Assembly (NCBI GenBank): GCA_040755455.1
Contig: JBFMAY010000028.1
Location: 1-51,165, forward strand
Source of the DNA: Thermodesulfobacteriota bacterium
GTDB taxonomy: Bacteria > Desulfobacterota > Desulfobulbia > Desulfobulbales > SURF-16
Direction of reading: 5' to 3'
Length of the DNA stretch: 51,165 bases
A model generated the notes under the pieces. That model did no database searches. It saw only the letters and a program-made list of their open reading frames with translations, and was not told where the DNA came from. Below are positions 18,859 to 28,119 of the stretch, in pieces. The stretch's first letter is position 1; the number at the start of each line of letters is the position of its first letter. A program made the position numbers and the translations under genes.

Positions 18859-19488
18859 TCAGCGTTCTTCATTAACAGCTTTGATGAAATTGGGATCCAC
18901 CGGATAGCCGAGTCTGGTGGCCTCGGCAATGGAGTTCTTGGCCGCCTGAAAATCTTTAGTGTAGTAATAGGCGACGGCAAGATTGTTGTGGGACATGGGA
19001 AAGTCCGGCTCCAGTTCAACCGCTTTTTTGGCGGCTGCCAGCGCTTCGGCAAAGTTGCCGGCCATGATCTGCGCCGAGGCAAGATTCACCCAGGCAAAGG
19101 CCAGCTTCGGATCGTGGTGCGTTGCCTTGGTGTAGGCGTCGATGGCCTTGTCCTGCTCGCCCTTCTGCTGCAGGATAAGGCCGATGTTGGTATGGGCCTG
19201 GGCAGGGTTTGGGGCATGGACAAGGGCCATCTTGTTGGCCTGCAGCGCCTCGTCGAGTTTGCCGAGTTCAAAGTACACAGCGCCGAGATTGATGTAGGCT
19301 TCAGCCGACTGTTCATCGATTTCCAGGCATCTTTTCAGTTCCCGGATGGCATCATTGTGGCGGCCGGCTTTCCTGTAAACAAGGGCCAGATGATGGTGGG
19401 CCATGATGGAGTCGGGATGTTCTTTGCATTTCTGCTCCAACTCCGCTATCACTTTGGAGAGGTCTTCTTTCAGTTGCTTGTCGGCCAT
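18859..19488 (-). CDS. Tetratricopeptide repeat protein
   Basis: About five canonical TPRs (AEAYINLGAVY, AQAHTNIGLIL, SHNNLAVAYY); ATG at 19488 after AAGGA. Confidence 0.9.
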   Translation of the reverse strand: MADKQLKEDLSKVIAELEQKCKEHPDSIMAHHHLALVYRKAGRHNDAIRELKRCLEIDEQSAEAYINLGAVYFELGKLDEALQANKMALVHAPNPAQAHTNIGLILQQKGEQDKAIDAYTKATHHDPKLAFAWVNLASAQIMAGNFAEALAAAKKAVELEPDFPMSHNNLAVAYYYTKDFQAAKNSIAEATRLGYPVDPNFIKAVNEER

Positions 19489-19753
19489 GGGAAAATCCTT
19501 ATGATCATTATTTTTTTTGTTCGAAACCGCACTCCGGAAAACATCCGGCAGGACGGGCAAGCATTGATCCGGAGCGATTGAGCGCCAAGAGGAGTAGCCT
19601 GGGTGGTCAATTTCACGTCTGATGAATTTAACCATGAATATATAGAATTTCAAGTAAATGACAAAATATAAGGGAAAAGATTTGTGCCCATTTTATTGCG
19701 TCCTTGACTTTGTGTATCTTCAGTGGCATGAAACGAAAGCGGAGATCGTTTTA

Positions 19754-19859
19754 CTAAGCCGTTGTAAAAAATAACATGGTCATGCTGATAACCAAAACGG
19801 CATAAGGAGCCGTAAAGAAACGGCTAGAATTGTACAAGTTATTTCGTAACGGCTCCTTA
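19754..19859 (+). repeat. Dispersed ~105-bp palindromic element, copy C
   Basis: CTAAGCCGTTGTAAAAAATAACATGG...ACGGCATAAGGAGCCGTAA (19797)...GTTATTTCGTAACGGCTCC (19838). Confidence 0.9.
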
Positions 19860-19884
19860 AGAACATTGCCATGGAAAATCGGAG

Positions 19885-21294
19885 TTGAAAGTGATCAATA
19901 ACAAAGGACTTCCCCGGGGACTGGTCGTTGCAGGCCTCGGAGGAGGATCAGGCAAGAGCGTGGTTGCAGTGGGGCTAGTGGCCCTGCTTGCCAGGATGGG
20001 GCATAAGGTCGTCCCCTTCAAAAAAGGGCCGGACTATATAGATGCCGGCTGGCTCAGCCTTGCCGCCGGGAGCCCCTGCTATAATCTTGATCCCTATCTG
20101 ATGGATGAGGATGCCCTGCTCGCCTCCTTTGCCGAGCATGGCGCTGTTGCTGATTTTGTCATTGTCGAAGGCAACCGCGGCCTCCATGACGGGGTTGACG
20201 CCAGCGGCACTTACAGCACGGCGGAACTGGCCTGCCGTCTCGGGCTGCCCGTGCTGCTCGTGGTCGACTGCACCAAGACCACCCGCACGGTGGCCGCCCT
20301 GGTGCTTGGCTGCAAACTGCTTGATGCCAATGTCAACATCGCAGGCGTCGTGCTCAATCGCATAGGCAGCTCCCGCCATGAGAAGATCATTCGGGAAGCG
20401 GTGGAAAAATATACGGGCATTCCGGTGGTGGGCGCCATCCGCCGCATGAAAAAGGACATCTTCCCCATGCGGCATCTGGGGGTGACGCCTTTCCAGGAGT
20501 ATGACGGTGCCGGGGAGGCCCTGCAGCTGCTGGCGGAAACCATCGACAAAAGCGTCCGTCTGGCGGATGTGGAGCCGTTGATGGCGACCCCGGTGATGGT
20601 GCCTTGCCAGCAAGACAGCAACGGCAACCCCGGGGGCAGGCCGGTGCGTATCGGCGTCATCCGCGACGCCGCCTTTCAGTTTTATTATCCGGAAAACCTG
20701 CTGGCCTTGGCGAGGTGCGGAGCAGAGCTTGTTGAAATCAATTCCATGGCGGCGGCGGAGTTGCCTGATATTGACGCCCTGTACATCGGCGGAGGATTTC
20801 CGGAAACCAGCGCGCGGCTGCTGGCCGACAATGTGTCGTTCCGCCAGTCGGTAAGGCAGCGGGCCGAAGACGGACTGCCCATTTACGCCGAGTGCGGCGG
20901 CCTCATCTATCTGGGGGAGAAAATAACCCTGGAAGGCGAGGATTATCCCCTGGTCGGACTTTTTCCGGTCCATTTCACCCTGGAAAAAAAGCCCCAGGCC
21001 CATGGCTATTCCGTGCTTGAGGCAAGGCCGGGCAATCCTTTCTATGAGCCGGGGGCGCAGATCAAGGGCCATGAGTTCCGCTACAGCAGGGTGGCTGCCT
21101 GGCCCGGCCAGGCGGACGAGCTTGGTTTTGACATGAAGCGGGGCGTAGGCTTTGCCGGCGGCCGGGACGGATTGATCCATAAAAACGTCTTGGCCCTCTA
21201 TACCCATGTGCACGCCGTCGGCACGCCCCAGTGGGCGCCGGCCCTGGCGGCAAAGGCCCGGGCGTTTGCCGGGGCCAGGGGGAGGGGTGATTGA
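19885..21294 (+). CDS. dsrN: Cobyrinate a,c-diamide synthase homolog (siroheme amidase DsrN); start may be GTG at 19891
   Basis: GGSGKS, FKKGPDYID, VEGNRGL, AFQFYYPEN, IYAECGGLIYL and GHEFRYS motifs; located next to dsrABD. Confidence 0.9.
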   Translation: MKVINNKGLPRGLVVAGLGGGSGKSVVAVGLVALLARMGHKVVPFKKGPDYIDAGWLSLAAGSPCYNLDPYLMDEDALLASFAEHGAVADFVIVEGNRGLHDGVDASGTYSTAELACRLGLPVLLVVDCTKTTRTVAALVLGCKLLDANVNIAGVVLNRIGSSRHEKIIREAVEKYTGIPVVGAIRRMKKDIFPMRHLGVTPFQEYDGAGEALQLLAETIDKSVRLADVEPLMATPVMVPCQQDSNGNPGGRPVRIGVIRDAAFQFYYPENLLALARCGAELVEINSMAAAELPDIDALYIGGGFPETSARLLADNVSFRQSVRQRAEDGLPIYAECGGLIYLGEKITLEGEDYPLVGLFPVHFTLEKKPQAHGYSVLEARPGNPFYEPGAQIKGHEFRYSRVAAWPGQADELGFDMKRGVGFAGGRDGLIHKNVLALYTHVHAVGTPQWAPALAAKARAFAGARGRGD

Positions 21295-22343
21295 TGTTTG
21301 CAGGGTTGAAAAAAATAATGCTAAGGCCGAATATCGCCATTGATCTCGGCACGGCCAATACCCGCATCTATGCATCCGATCTTGGGCAAATCACGGAAGA
21401 ACCGTCATTGATTCGCCATATCCGGCAGGATACAGGTGCGCATGGTCCGGACAAATACATCTCCTATCTCAACAGCAAGCTGGTGTCCATGCCCCTGCGC
21501 GGCGGGGTCATTGTTGATATCAATAACGCGATTTCCTTATTGAAACCGCTGGTGAAGCGCACCCGTAAAGGGTTGCGGCAACCGGTATCCCTGGCCTGCG
21601 CGCCAACCGATAGTTCCGAAAAAGAACGTAAACTGCTGGCCGAGGCGGTTCTCCATGCCGGCGCCTCCCATGTGGCCATTATTCCCGAGGTCTGGGCCGC
21701 GGCCATCGGAGCTGGAATCGACGTTGACCTGCCCTGCGCGCAGGTGCTTATCGATATCGGCGAGGGGGTTACTGACATGGCGGTCATCCGGGATGGCCGT
21801 CTTGTCTTTGCCGCCGCGGTGCGCACGGCCTGCGCTGACCTGCAGAAAGCAGTGCGCACCGCGGTCATCGCCCGGCACAAGGTCTGCCTGTACCCGGCCG
21901 AGGTTGAACGGCTGACCCATGAAATTGTCTCGTTCTCGCAGCCGCGGACCCTGCCCGGCAAGCCAATAACCGTTGCTGGCGTAGATATCATTAAAAGCTG
22001 TGAAGTGCGAGTTGCAGTCGATAACAGTGAAATACTAAACGCCCTGGAGCCGGTGGCCGATAAAATTCTGCGAATGATCGATGCAGGTCTGCGGAAACTG
22101 CCGGCCCGGCTTGCCGGTGAAATAGTGGAATCGGGAATTTGTCTGACAGGGGGCGGGGCTTGCATCAAGGGGATCGACCGGTTGATCGCGGCCAGGACCA
22201 AGCTCGATGTCAGGGTTGGGGTTGATCCGATCCATTCGGTGATCAACGGGGCGATTCAGTCTCTGCAGTATTGGCAGGGGAAAAAGTTGTGGTGGGAAAA
22301 CATTGACTGGCCGGACTTTGCCGGTCTTTCCAAAGCTGTTTGA
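21294..22343 (+). CDS. Divergent MreB/Mbl-family actin-like ATPase
   Basis: IAIDLGTANT, PLRGGVI, EVWAAAIGAG, DIGEGVTD and CLTGGGA motifs; TGATG overlap with dsrN. Confidence 0.85.
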   Translation: MFAGLKKIMLRPNIAIDLGTANTRIYASDLGQITEEPSLIRHIRQDTGAHGPDKYISYLNSKLVSMPLRGGVIVDINNAISLLKPLVKRTRKGLRQPVSLACAPTDSSEKERKLLAEAVLHAGASHVAIIPEVWAAAIGAGIDVDLPCAQVLIDIGEGVTDMAVIRDGRLVFAAAVRTACADLQKAVRTAVIARHKVCLYPAEVERLTHEIVSFSQPRTLPGKPITVAGVDIIKSCEVRVAVDNSEILNALEPVADKILRMIDAGLRKLPARLAGEIVESGICLTGGGACIKGIDRLIAARTKLDVRVGVDPIHSVINGAIQSLQYWQGKKLWWENIDWPDFAGLSKAV

Positions 22344-22456
22344 CCACGGGTTGGCGCTCTGCACGTGTTGATTGGTTGTATTGTGCCGGCGCGTCAGCGC
22401 GACAGCTAAAAACGGGAGAGGGGTACGTTTCGGACATCCGATAACAAATTGCTGCT

Positions 22457-22783
22457 ATGATGAAACAAATGATTTTCTGGCTCTATGAGAAGCGTGTTTA
22501 CCTCTGGCTCATCTGCCTGGTGACGGTCATCATTTTTGCGGTCATGGTCCATCTCTGCCAGGACTGGCTGAATGAACCGGGCCATGAAAATGCCATTATC
22601 CTTCTTCTCTCATTATGGATATTTTCCGTGCTGACCTTTTATGTCAATGCGGTGGCGGTGACCATGCACAGTCCAAAGGTGGCGAGATACGGGAGCTCCG
22701 GCAAAGGGTTCCTCATCGTCTTTTTCTCGCTGATGACCCTGTTCTGCTGCACAGTGGGCATTTCGATCATGTTTGCCTTATGA
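22457..22783 (+). CDS. Small membrane protein (about 3 TM helices)
   Basis: Three hydrophobic segments; the ORF fills the gap between the mreB-like gene and the convergent ABC operon. Confidence 0.65.
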   Translation: MMKQMIFWLYEKRVYLWLICLVTVIIFAVMVHLCQDWLNEPGHENAIILLLSLWIFSVLTFYVNAVAVTMHSPKVARYGSSGKGFLIVFFSLMTLFCCTVGISIMFAL

Positions 22784-22799
22784 GCGGGCGCGCAAGCCG

Positions 22800-23942
22800 C
22801 TAATCCAGGGTGCGGCGGTAACGTTTCAGGCCGATGGTCAGGGCGACCAGCAGGAAAAGGGCAATGGGCCACAGATTGGGCAGGATGTGGACAAAGCCGT
22901 TGCCCTTGAGCAGAATGCCGCGGACAATGCGCAGATAATGGGTGAGCGGCAGGATCTCGCCGACGCACTGGGCCCATACCGGCATGCCGCGGAAGGGAAA
23001 CATGAAGCCGGACAGCAGGATGGAGGGCAGGAAGAAGAAAAAGGCCATCTGCACCGCCTGCAGCTGGTTGCGCGCTATGGTGGAAAAGGTCAGCCCCACG
23101 CCGAGATTGGCCGCGATGAAAACCAGGGAGACGGCCAGCAGCAGAAAGATGTTGCCGATCATCGGCACCTTGAACAGGAAGCGGCCGGCCAGCAGGATGA
23201 CGCTCACCTGCACATAGCCGACAATGATGTAGGGGATGATTTTGCCGATCATCACCTCCATGGGCTTGACCGGCGTGGAGAGCAGATTCTCCATGGTGCC
23301 CCTTTCCCGTTCTCTGGTCATGGCCAGCGCCGTGATGATCACCAGGGTCATGGTCAGCACCACCCCCATCAGGCCGGGGACGATGTTGTACTGGGTGATG
23401 GCCTCGGGATTGAAACGGGGGTGCATGATCACCTCAAGCGGGGCCTTGCCGCGGCGCAGATGGTGCAGCGGGCCCTCGAGATCCCTGGCCAGGGCCGATT
23501 CCGTGAGCAGACGGAAGGCCGATACCGCATTGCTGGTGGCCGCCGGATCGGTGGCGTCGGCGGTGAGCAGCAGGGCCGGGCTTTCGCCCCGCAAGAGACG
23601 GCGGGAGAACTGCTCCGGGATGCTGAGCACAAACTGCACCTCCCCCCTCTCTACCAGCATGCCGGCCTCTGCTTCGCCGGTCACGGTTTTGATGACGCGG
23701 AAGTATCCGCTGTTCTGCATGGCGGCGATAATGGAACGGGAAAAGACGCTGTGTTCGGCGGCCAGGACCACGGTGGGCAGCTGCTTCGGGTCCGAATTGA
23801 TGGCAAAGCCGAAGATGATCATCTGCAGAATGGGGATGCCGATCATCATGGCAAAGGTGATGCGGTCCCGGCGCATCTGCACGAATTCCTTGCCCACCAT
23901 GGCCCGGAAGCGGCGGAGTGAAAAAAAACCGTTGCCGGCCAT
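22800..23942 (-). CDS. ABC-2 exporter permease (YbhR/YbhS-like)
   Basis: KEFVQMRRD, REREERGTMENLLSTP-type motif (TRERERGTMENLLSTP), LLSGFMFPFRGMP, LPLTHY. Confidence 0.93.
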   Translation of the reverse strand: MAGNGFFSLRRFRAMVGKEFVQMRRDRITFAMMIGIPILQMIIFGFAINSDPKQLPTVVLAAEHSVFSRSIIAAMQNSGYFRVIKTVTGEAEAGMLVERGEVQFVLSIPEQFSRRLLRGESPALLLTADATDPAATSNAVSAFRLLTESALARDLEGPLHHLRRGKAPLEVIMHPRFNPEAITQYNIVPGLMGVVLTMTLVIITALAMTRERERGTMENLLSTPVKPMEVMIGKIIPYIIVGYVQVSVILLAGRFLFKVPMIGNIFLLLAVSLVFIAANLGVGLTFSTIARNQLQAVQMAFFFFLPSILLSGFMFPFRGMPVWAQCVGEILPLTHYLRIVRGILLKGNGFVHILPNLWPIALFLLVALTIGLKRYRRTLD

Positions 23943-23943
23943 G

Positions 23944-24864
23944 TCACGCCACCTTCTGCTGCTGCATCAGGCTGATAAAAACCTCCTCCAGGTTGGCGGC
24001 GGTCCGCTGGCTGGTGAATTCTCCGTGCAGGAAAGGCCGCAGGCTCCTCTCCAGCTGCTCCGCGTCATGGCCGCTGATATGCAGGGTGTTGCCGAAGGGC
24101 ACGACCTGCTCCACCCCGGCCAGTGATCTGAGCCGTGGCGCCAGTTCGTGCACGTTTCTGCCCGACAGGGCCCAGGTGGTCAGACCGGAAGAGCTGACCA
24201 CCTCTTCGGCGGTGCCGGAGGTGAGCAGGTTGCCGTAGGCGAGATAGGCCAGGCGGTGGCAGCGTTCCGCCTCGTCCATGTAGTGGGTGCTGATGAGCGA
24301 GGTGACCCCGCTGGCTGCCAGGGTGTAGATATCGTCCCAGAAATCCCGCCGCGCCTTGGGGTCGACCCCGGCCGTCGGCTCGTCCAGCAGCAGCAGCCGG
24401 GGGCGGTGCAGCAGGCAGGCGGACAGGGCGAGCCGCTGTTTCCAGCCGCCGGACAGGGTGCCGGCCAGCTGGCCGGCAAAAGGGGTGAGTTTCATGCGCT
24501 CAAGCATGGTGTTGACCTCGGCGCCCAGATTCCTGATGCCGTATATCTGGCCCATGAAGATGAGATTTTCCCGGACGCTGAGGTCTTCATAGAGGCTGAA
24601 GCGCTGGGCCATGTAACCGATGTTTGCCTTGATCTTTTCCGACTCGGTAAGAACATCAAAGCCCAGGCAGAAGCCGCTGCCCGCATCCGGGCGCAGCAGG
24701 CCGCACAGCATGCGGATGAAGGTGGTCTTGCCGCTGCCGTTCGGCCCGAGAAAGCCGTATATCTCCCCGGGCGCCACCTGGAGCGACAGCTTGTTGACCA
24801 CGGTTTTGCCGGCAAATGACTTGGTCAGGTTCTGCACGTCGATGACAAGCGGCGTCTCAGTCAT
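23944..24864 (-). CDS. ABC exporter ATP-binding subunit
   Basis: GPNGSGKTT, LSGGWKQR, LLLDEPTAGVDP and STHYMDEA motifs. Confidence 0.95.
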   Translation of the reverse strand: MTETPLVIDVQNLTKSFAGKTVVNKLSLQVAPGEIYGFLGPNGSGKTTFIRMLCGLLRPDAGSGFCLGFDVLTESEKIKANIGYMAQRFSLYEDLSVRENLIFMGQIYGIRNLGAEVNTMLERMKLTPFAGQLAGTLSGGWKQRLALSACLLHRPRLLLLDEPTAGVDPKARRDFWDDIYTLAASGVTSLISTHYMDEAERCHRLAYLAYGNLLTSGTAEEVVSSSGLTTWALSGRNVHELAPRLRSLAGVEQVVPFGNTLHISGHDAEQLERSLRPFLHGEFTSQRTAANLEEVFISLMQQQKVA

Positions 24865-24868
24865 GTCC

Positions 24869-25849
24869 TTATTCCAGGAAGACGTCAACCGGCTGGCCGG
24901 GGTGCAGGCCGGCGGCCCTGTCCGTGGTGAATTGCGCCTCGATCATGAACACCAGCTTGCTGCGCGTCTCCCGGCTGTAAATGACCGGCGGGGTATATTC
25001 GGCCTGGGGTGACACATAGGAAACCCTGATCGGATATTTTTCCGCCGCACCGTCAAAGGATACCGTCCCTTGGCGGCCGACACTGAGGCTGCCCAGCGTC
25101 TCTTCCTGCACAAAAAAACGGACCTTGATATTGCCCGGCGGCAGCAGGCTCACCGCCGGATAGCCGGCCGGGATCAGTTCGCCTTCATTGTACAGGGTGT
25201 CATAAACGTAAGCTGTCTGCGGCGCGGTCTGGGTTTTCTGGTCCAGCCGCCAGCGCGCCTGGCTCAGCCGGCTGCGGGCCGCCTCCACCTCCGCCCGGGC
25301 GGCTTCAACCTCGTCGGACCGGGCGCCGAGCCGGGCCGTCTTGAGTTCCGCGGTCAGCTGGGCCACGGCCGCGCCGGTGCTGTCCATATCGGTGCGCGCC
25401 CGGTCAAGCTGCTCCCTGGCAATGGTCTGATCGGCGTAAAGCTTTTCGCGGCGGTCATGCTCCAGCCGGGCCAGATTGTATGCTGAGCCGGCCTGGGCCA
25501 GCCGGGCTTCAATGGCCGCCAGTTCGCTGGGCCGCTGCCCCTTGGAGAGATCGGTCAGTTTGTTTTCGGCCCGGCGCAGATTCTGCTCCGCCTCGGCCAG
25601 GGCCTCGGCCTCAAAGGCGTGTTCCAGGGTGAAGAGCGGATCGCCCTGCCTGACGTTCATCCCCCGTTTGACCGGCAGGTTCTGCAGCTGCCCGGCAAGG
25701 GGAGAGGAGACCAGGACGAATTCCCCTTCAACATAGCCCTGGAAGGAACCCTGCGGCGGATCTGAGCAGCTGCAGAGCAGCATGACCACAAGCACCGTCA
25801 CCGCCATGGGGGAAAAAAGAGGAGCAGGGCACGGGAAAGGTTTTTTCAT
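24869..25849 (-). CDS. HlyD-family periplasmic adaptor (YbhG-like)
   Basis: Lipoprotein-like N-terminus, QGYVEGE, coiled coil, SPQAEYTPPVIYS, LHPGQPVDV. Confidence 0.92.
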   Translation of the reverse strand: MKKPFPCPAPLFSPMAVTVLVVMLLCSCSDPPQGSFQGYVEGEFVLVSSPLAGQLQNLPVKRGMNVRQGDPLFTLEHAFEAEALAEAEQNLRRAENKLTDLSKGQRPSELAAIEARLAQAGSAYNLARLEHDRREKLYADQTIAREQLDRARTDMDSTGAAVAQLTAELKTARLGARSDEVEAARAEVEAARSRLSQARWRLDQKTQTAPQTAYVYDTLYNEGELIPAGYPAVSLLPPGNIKVRFFVQEETLGSLSVGRQGTVSFDGAAEKYPIRVSYVSPQAEYTPPVIYSRETRSKLVFMIEAQFTTDRAAGLHPGQPVDVFLE

Positions 25850-25853
25850 GGAT

Positions 25854-26480
25854 TTATTGCAGGGAATCTTCCGGGGTTTTCTCCCGCAGGGCCTTCAACA
25901 GCTCATCAATTGATTTTTTGCTCAAGAAACTGCTGAACTGGCTCCGGTAATTGGCCACGAGGCTCACCCCTTCGATAACGACATCATAAATTTTCCAGTC
26001 ATCACCCTGCTGCTTGAGCCGGTATTCGATGTCAAACTCCGGGTATTTCTTGCTGCTCACCTGGGTATAGATGGCTGCCACGTTGCCTTTGAGCAGTTCC
26101 TTGTTATAGATGACCTTTTCGTCGGAATAGTTCTCAAGCCGCATGACGTAAAAATTGTAGAGCCGCCAGTAGAAGAGCCTGGTGAACTCCTGTTGCTTTT
26201 CCTCGGGGATCTCTTTCCAGTATTTGCCAAGGGCCCGTTGTGACATCTCCACCGCATCAAAATGGTTGTCGATGATTTTTCTGATCTCATCCCTTCTTTT
26301 CGGCAGGTTCTCCGGGGGGCCGGCAACAGGATAGGCCTGCAGGGTGTGGAAGACCTCTTCAACCACCCCCTTCATGATATCCATGGGCGAAGGGGCCACC
26401 CCCTGGGCCACTCCGGCCGAAAATACCGCCAAGGCAAGGCAGGCCGCCATAAAATAGCATCTGTTGATTTTGCTTCTCAT
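25854..26480 (-). CDS. mlaC: MlaC/Ttg2D phospholipid-binding periplasmic protein
   Basis: Signal peptide, FDAVEMSQRALGKYW and WKIYDVVIEGVSLVANYRSQF. Confidence 0.88.
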   Translation of the reverse strand: MRSKINRCYFMAACLALAVFSAGVAQGVAPSPMDIMKGVVEEVFHTLQAYPVAGPPENLPKRRDEIRKIIDNHFDAVEMSQRALGKYWKEIPEEKQQEFTRLFYWRLYNFYVMRLENYSDEKVIYNKELLKGNVAAIYTQVSSKKYPEFDIEYRLKQQGDDWKIYDVVIEGVSLVANYRSQFSSFLSKKSIDELLKALREKTPEDSLQ

Positions 26481-26777
26481 TATGATTTATTCTCCTTGAT
26501 GGAATCTCTTATGTAAGCGCATTGTCCCTCTATATCATTATCCAGGGAATTTTTTCGAGCTTTTTTTCGATGCAGGCCCTGCCTGAGATGCCAGGGGGAT
26601 GAGAACCGGGCAGTGCCTTGCGCCATGCTGACAGCCATGCGCGTTGCCGCCAGCTGTCCCGGCAGGCATGGAGGAAGATGCCGTCCCTCACGGCCGCTCC
26701 GGCCGCGGCAATGGCCATTGCCCGCCAAGGCCGGGGAGGGGGAGCCGGAAAAGCCAGGGAACATGCCGGGAGAGGCG

Positions 26778-27137
26778 TCAATGGGCTGTTCTCGTGCCCA
26801 GCACCTTCTCCTTGATCATCTGTTGCGTTGCCTCGTCAGGTGCCGGCTCGACCCAGTGGATAAACTCCTCCTGCACCCGGATGTAAGCGCCGTTGTCCGC
26901 CTTGCATTGATCACAGATTGATTCCGCCTGGTCGCGGTAAGCAATGACCTTGCTTGCCGGGTCGCCGTTTTTGTCCACCGCCGCCATCTTGCGGCAGCCG
27001 CAATCAAGCCGGATAACCGCGACGCCGATGCCGTCGGGACTGCCCTCAAGGATGCCGGCGATCATCGCCTCTTCGGATTTCTGGGCTGCGAGTTTCGGTG
27101 AAACCTTCTGTTGTTTGCCGTGCTGTCTGTCTTTCAT
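26778..27137 (-). CDS. Hypothetical Cys-containing protein
   Basis: GGAG RBS, host-like codon usage, LDCGC and CDQC motifs (possible metal site); divergent from the ferredoxin gene. Confidence 0.75.
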   Translation of the reverse strand: MKDRQHGKQQKVSPKLAAQKSEEAMIAGILEGSPDGIGVAVIRLDCGCRKMAAVDKNGDPASKVIAYRDQAESICDQCKADNGAYIRVQEEFIHWVEPAPDEATQQMIKEKVLGTRTAH

Positions 27138-27394
27138 GGGTGCTCCGTTGCATGGAAAAAGGGATTGCCTGGTTAACTTGGCAGAAATTAAACGATTTCA
27201 GTGTTATTTAAAATATTGCAACCGTAAGGTCAATCGCTATAAAAATTGTGTTGACAAATAGAAGGCTATGATTTATTGGAATTACAAATTTATGTAGATT
27301 TCTTGTCTTTAAAGGGAAATATAAAGTTGGTTAGCGCTGGGTTTGAGTGATTTAGCCCAAAAGAATTTTCTTCATGTAAAGAGGAGGTAATATT

Positions 27395-27580
27395 ATGTGG
27401 GAAGTGATTGTGGATAAAGACAAATGCGTCGGCGATGAAGAGTGTGTAAGCGCCTGCCCGGCTCAGGTTTACGAGATTGTTGACGGCAAAGCTGAGCCGG
27501 TTAACGCTGATGAATGTCTTGGCTGCGAGACCTGCGTCGAGGTATGTCCCGAGGGAGCTATCACCGTAACCGAGGTGTGA
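27395..27580 (+). CDS. Ferredoxin, dicluster 7Fe/8Fe type with an Asp-substituted first motif
   Basis: CVGDEECVSACP and CLGCETCVEVCP; RBS GAGGAGG. Confidence 0.96.
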   Translation: MWEVIVDKDKCVGDEECVSACPAQVYEIVDGKAEPVNADECLGCETCVEVCPEGAITVTEV

Positions 27581-27612
27581 TGTAAGGTTTGCAGAAGATC
27601 CTTCCGGTTGAT

Positions 27613-27655
27613 TAGGCCTGTCTTCTTCCCCAAGAAGGTAGGCCTATCTTTTTTT
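27613..27655 (+). terminator. Intrinsic terminator after the ferredoxin gene
   Basis: taggcctgtcttctt-cccc-aagaaggtaggccta followed by a T-tract. Confidence 0.85.
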
Positions 27656-27699
27656 GTGCCTCTGCCCGTGAAAACGGGTTATAACAAAAGGCCACAGAC

Positions 27700-28119
27700 G
27701 TGCTCGCAAAATTCAAACCCTCCGTATCCCGCAAAACCCTTTTGCTTGTCGGCGCTCTTTTCTGGTCGGTGGTCGGCCTTTTTCTGCTGGCGCGCGGCGG
27801 CAATATTCTTACCGGGGGCGGCCACTATCTGATGCTTGCGGCGGCGCTGGCCGTGGGAACGGCCAAGGGACTGCTGGTGTTTGAAAAAAGCGCCAGAAAA
27901 AATATCTCCCGGATTCTTCTGCGCGGCGACAACTCCTGCCTTGGCGGTGTTTTTTCCTTTAAGGCCTGGGGGGTGATCCTGGCCATGATCGTCATAGGCA
28001 GATTTCTGCGCACCTCCCCTATTGCCCATCATGTATACGGCCTTGTCATAACCGCCGTGGGCTGGGGGCTGCTGCTGGCCAGCCGGGTCATCTGGCAGGC
28101 GTGGGTACAGAAGGCATGA
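27700..28119 (+). CDS. Membrane protein (about 4 TM helices)
   Basis: Four hydrophobic segments; ATGA overlap with alr. Confidence 0.8.
   Translation: MLAKFKPSVSRKTLLLVGALFWSVVGLFLLARGGNILTGGGHYLMLAAALAVGTAKGLLVFEKSARKNISRILLRGDNSCLGGVFSFKAWGVILAMIVIGRFLRTSPIAHHVYGLVITAVGWGLLLASRVIWQAWVQKA

Noticed and set aside
26530..26780. Several short overlapping ORFs in a GC-rich intergenic stretch
   Set aside because: No RBS or motif support, and no RNA family recognisable by eye
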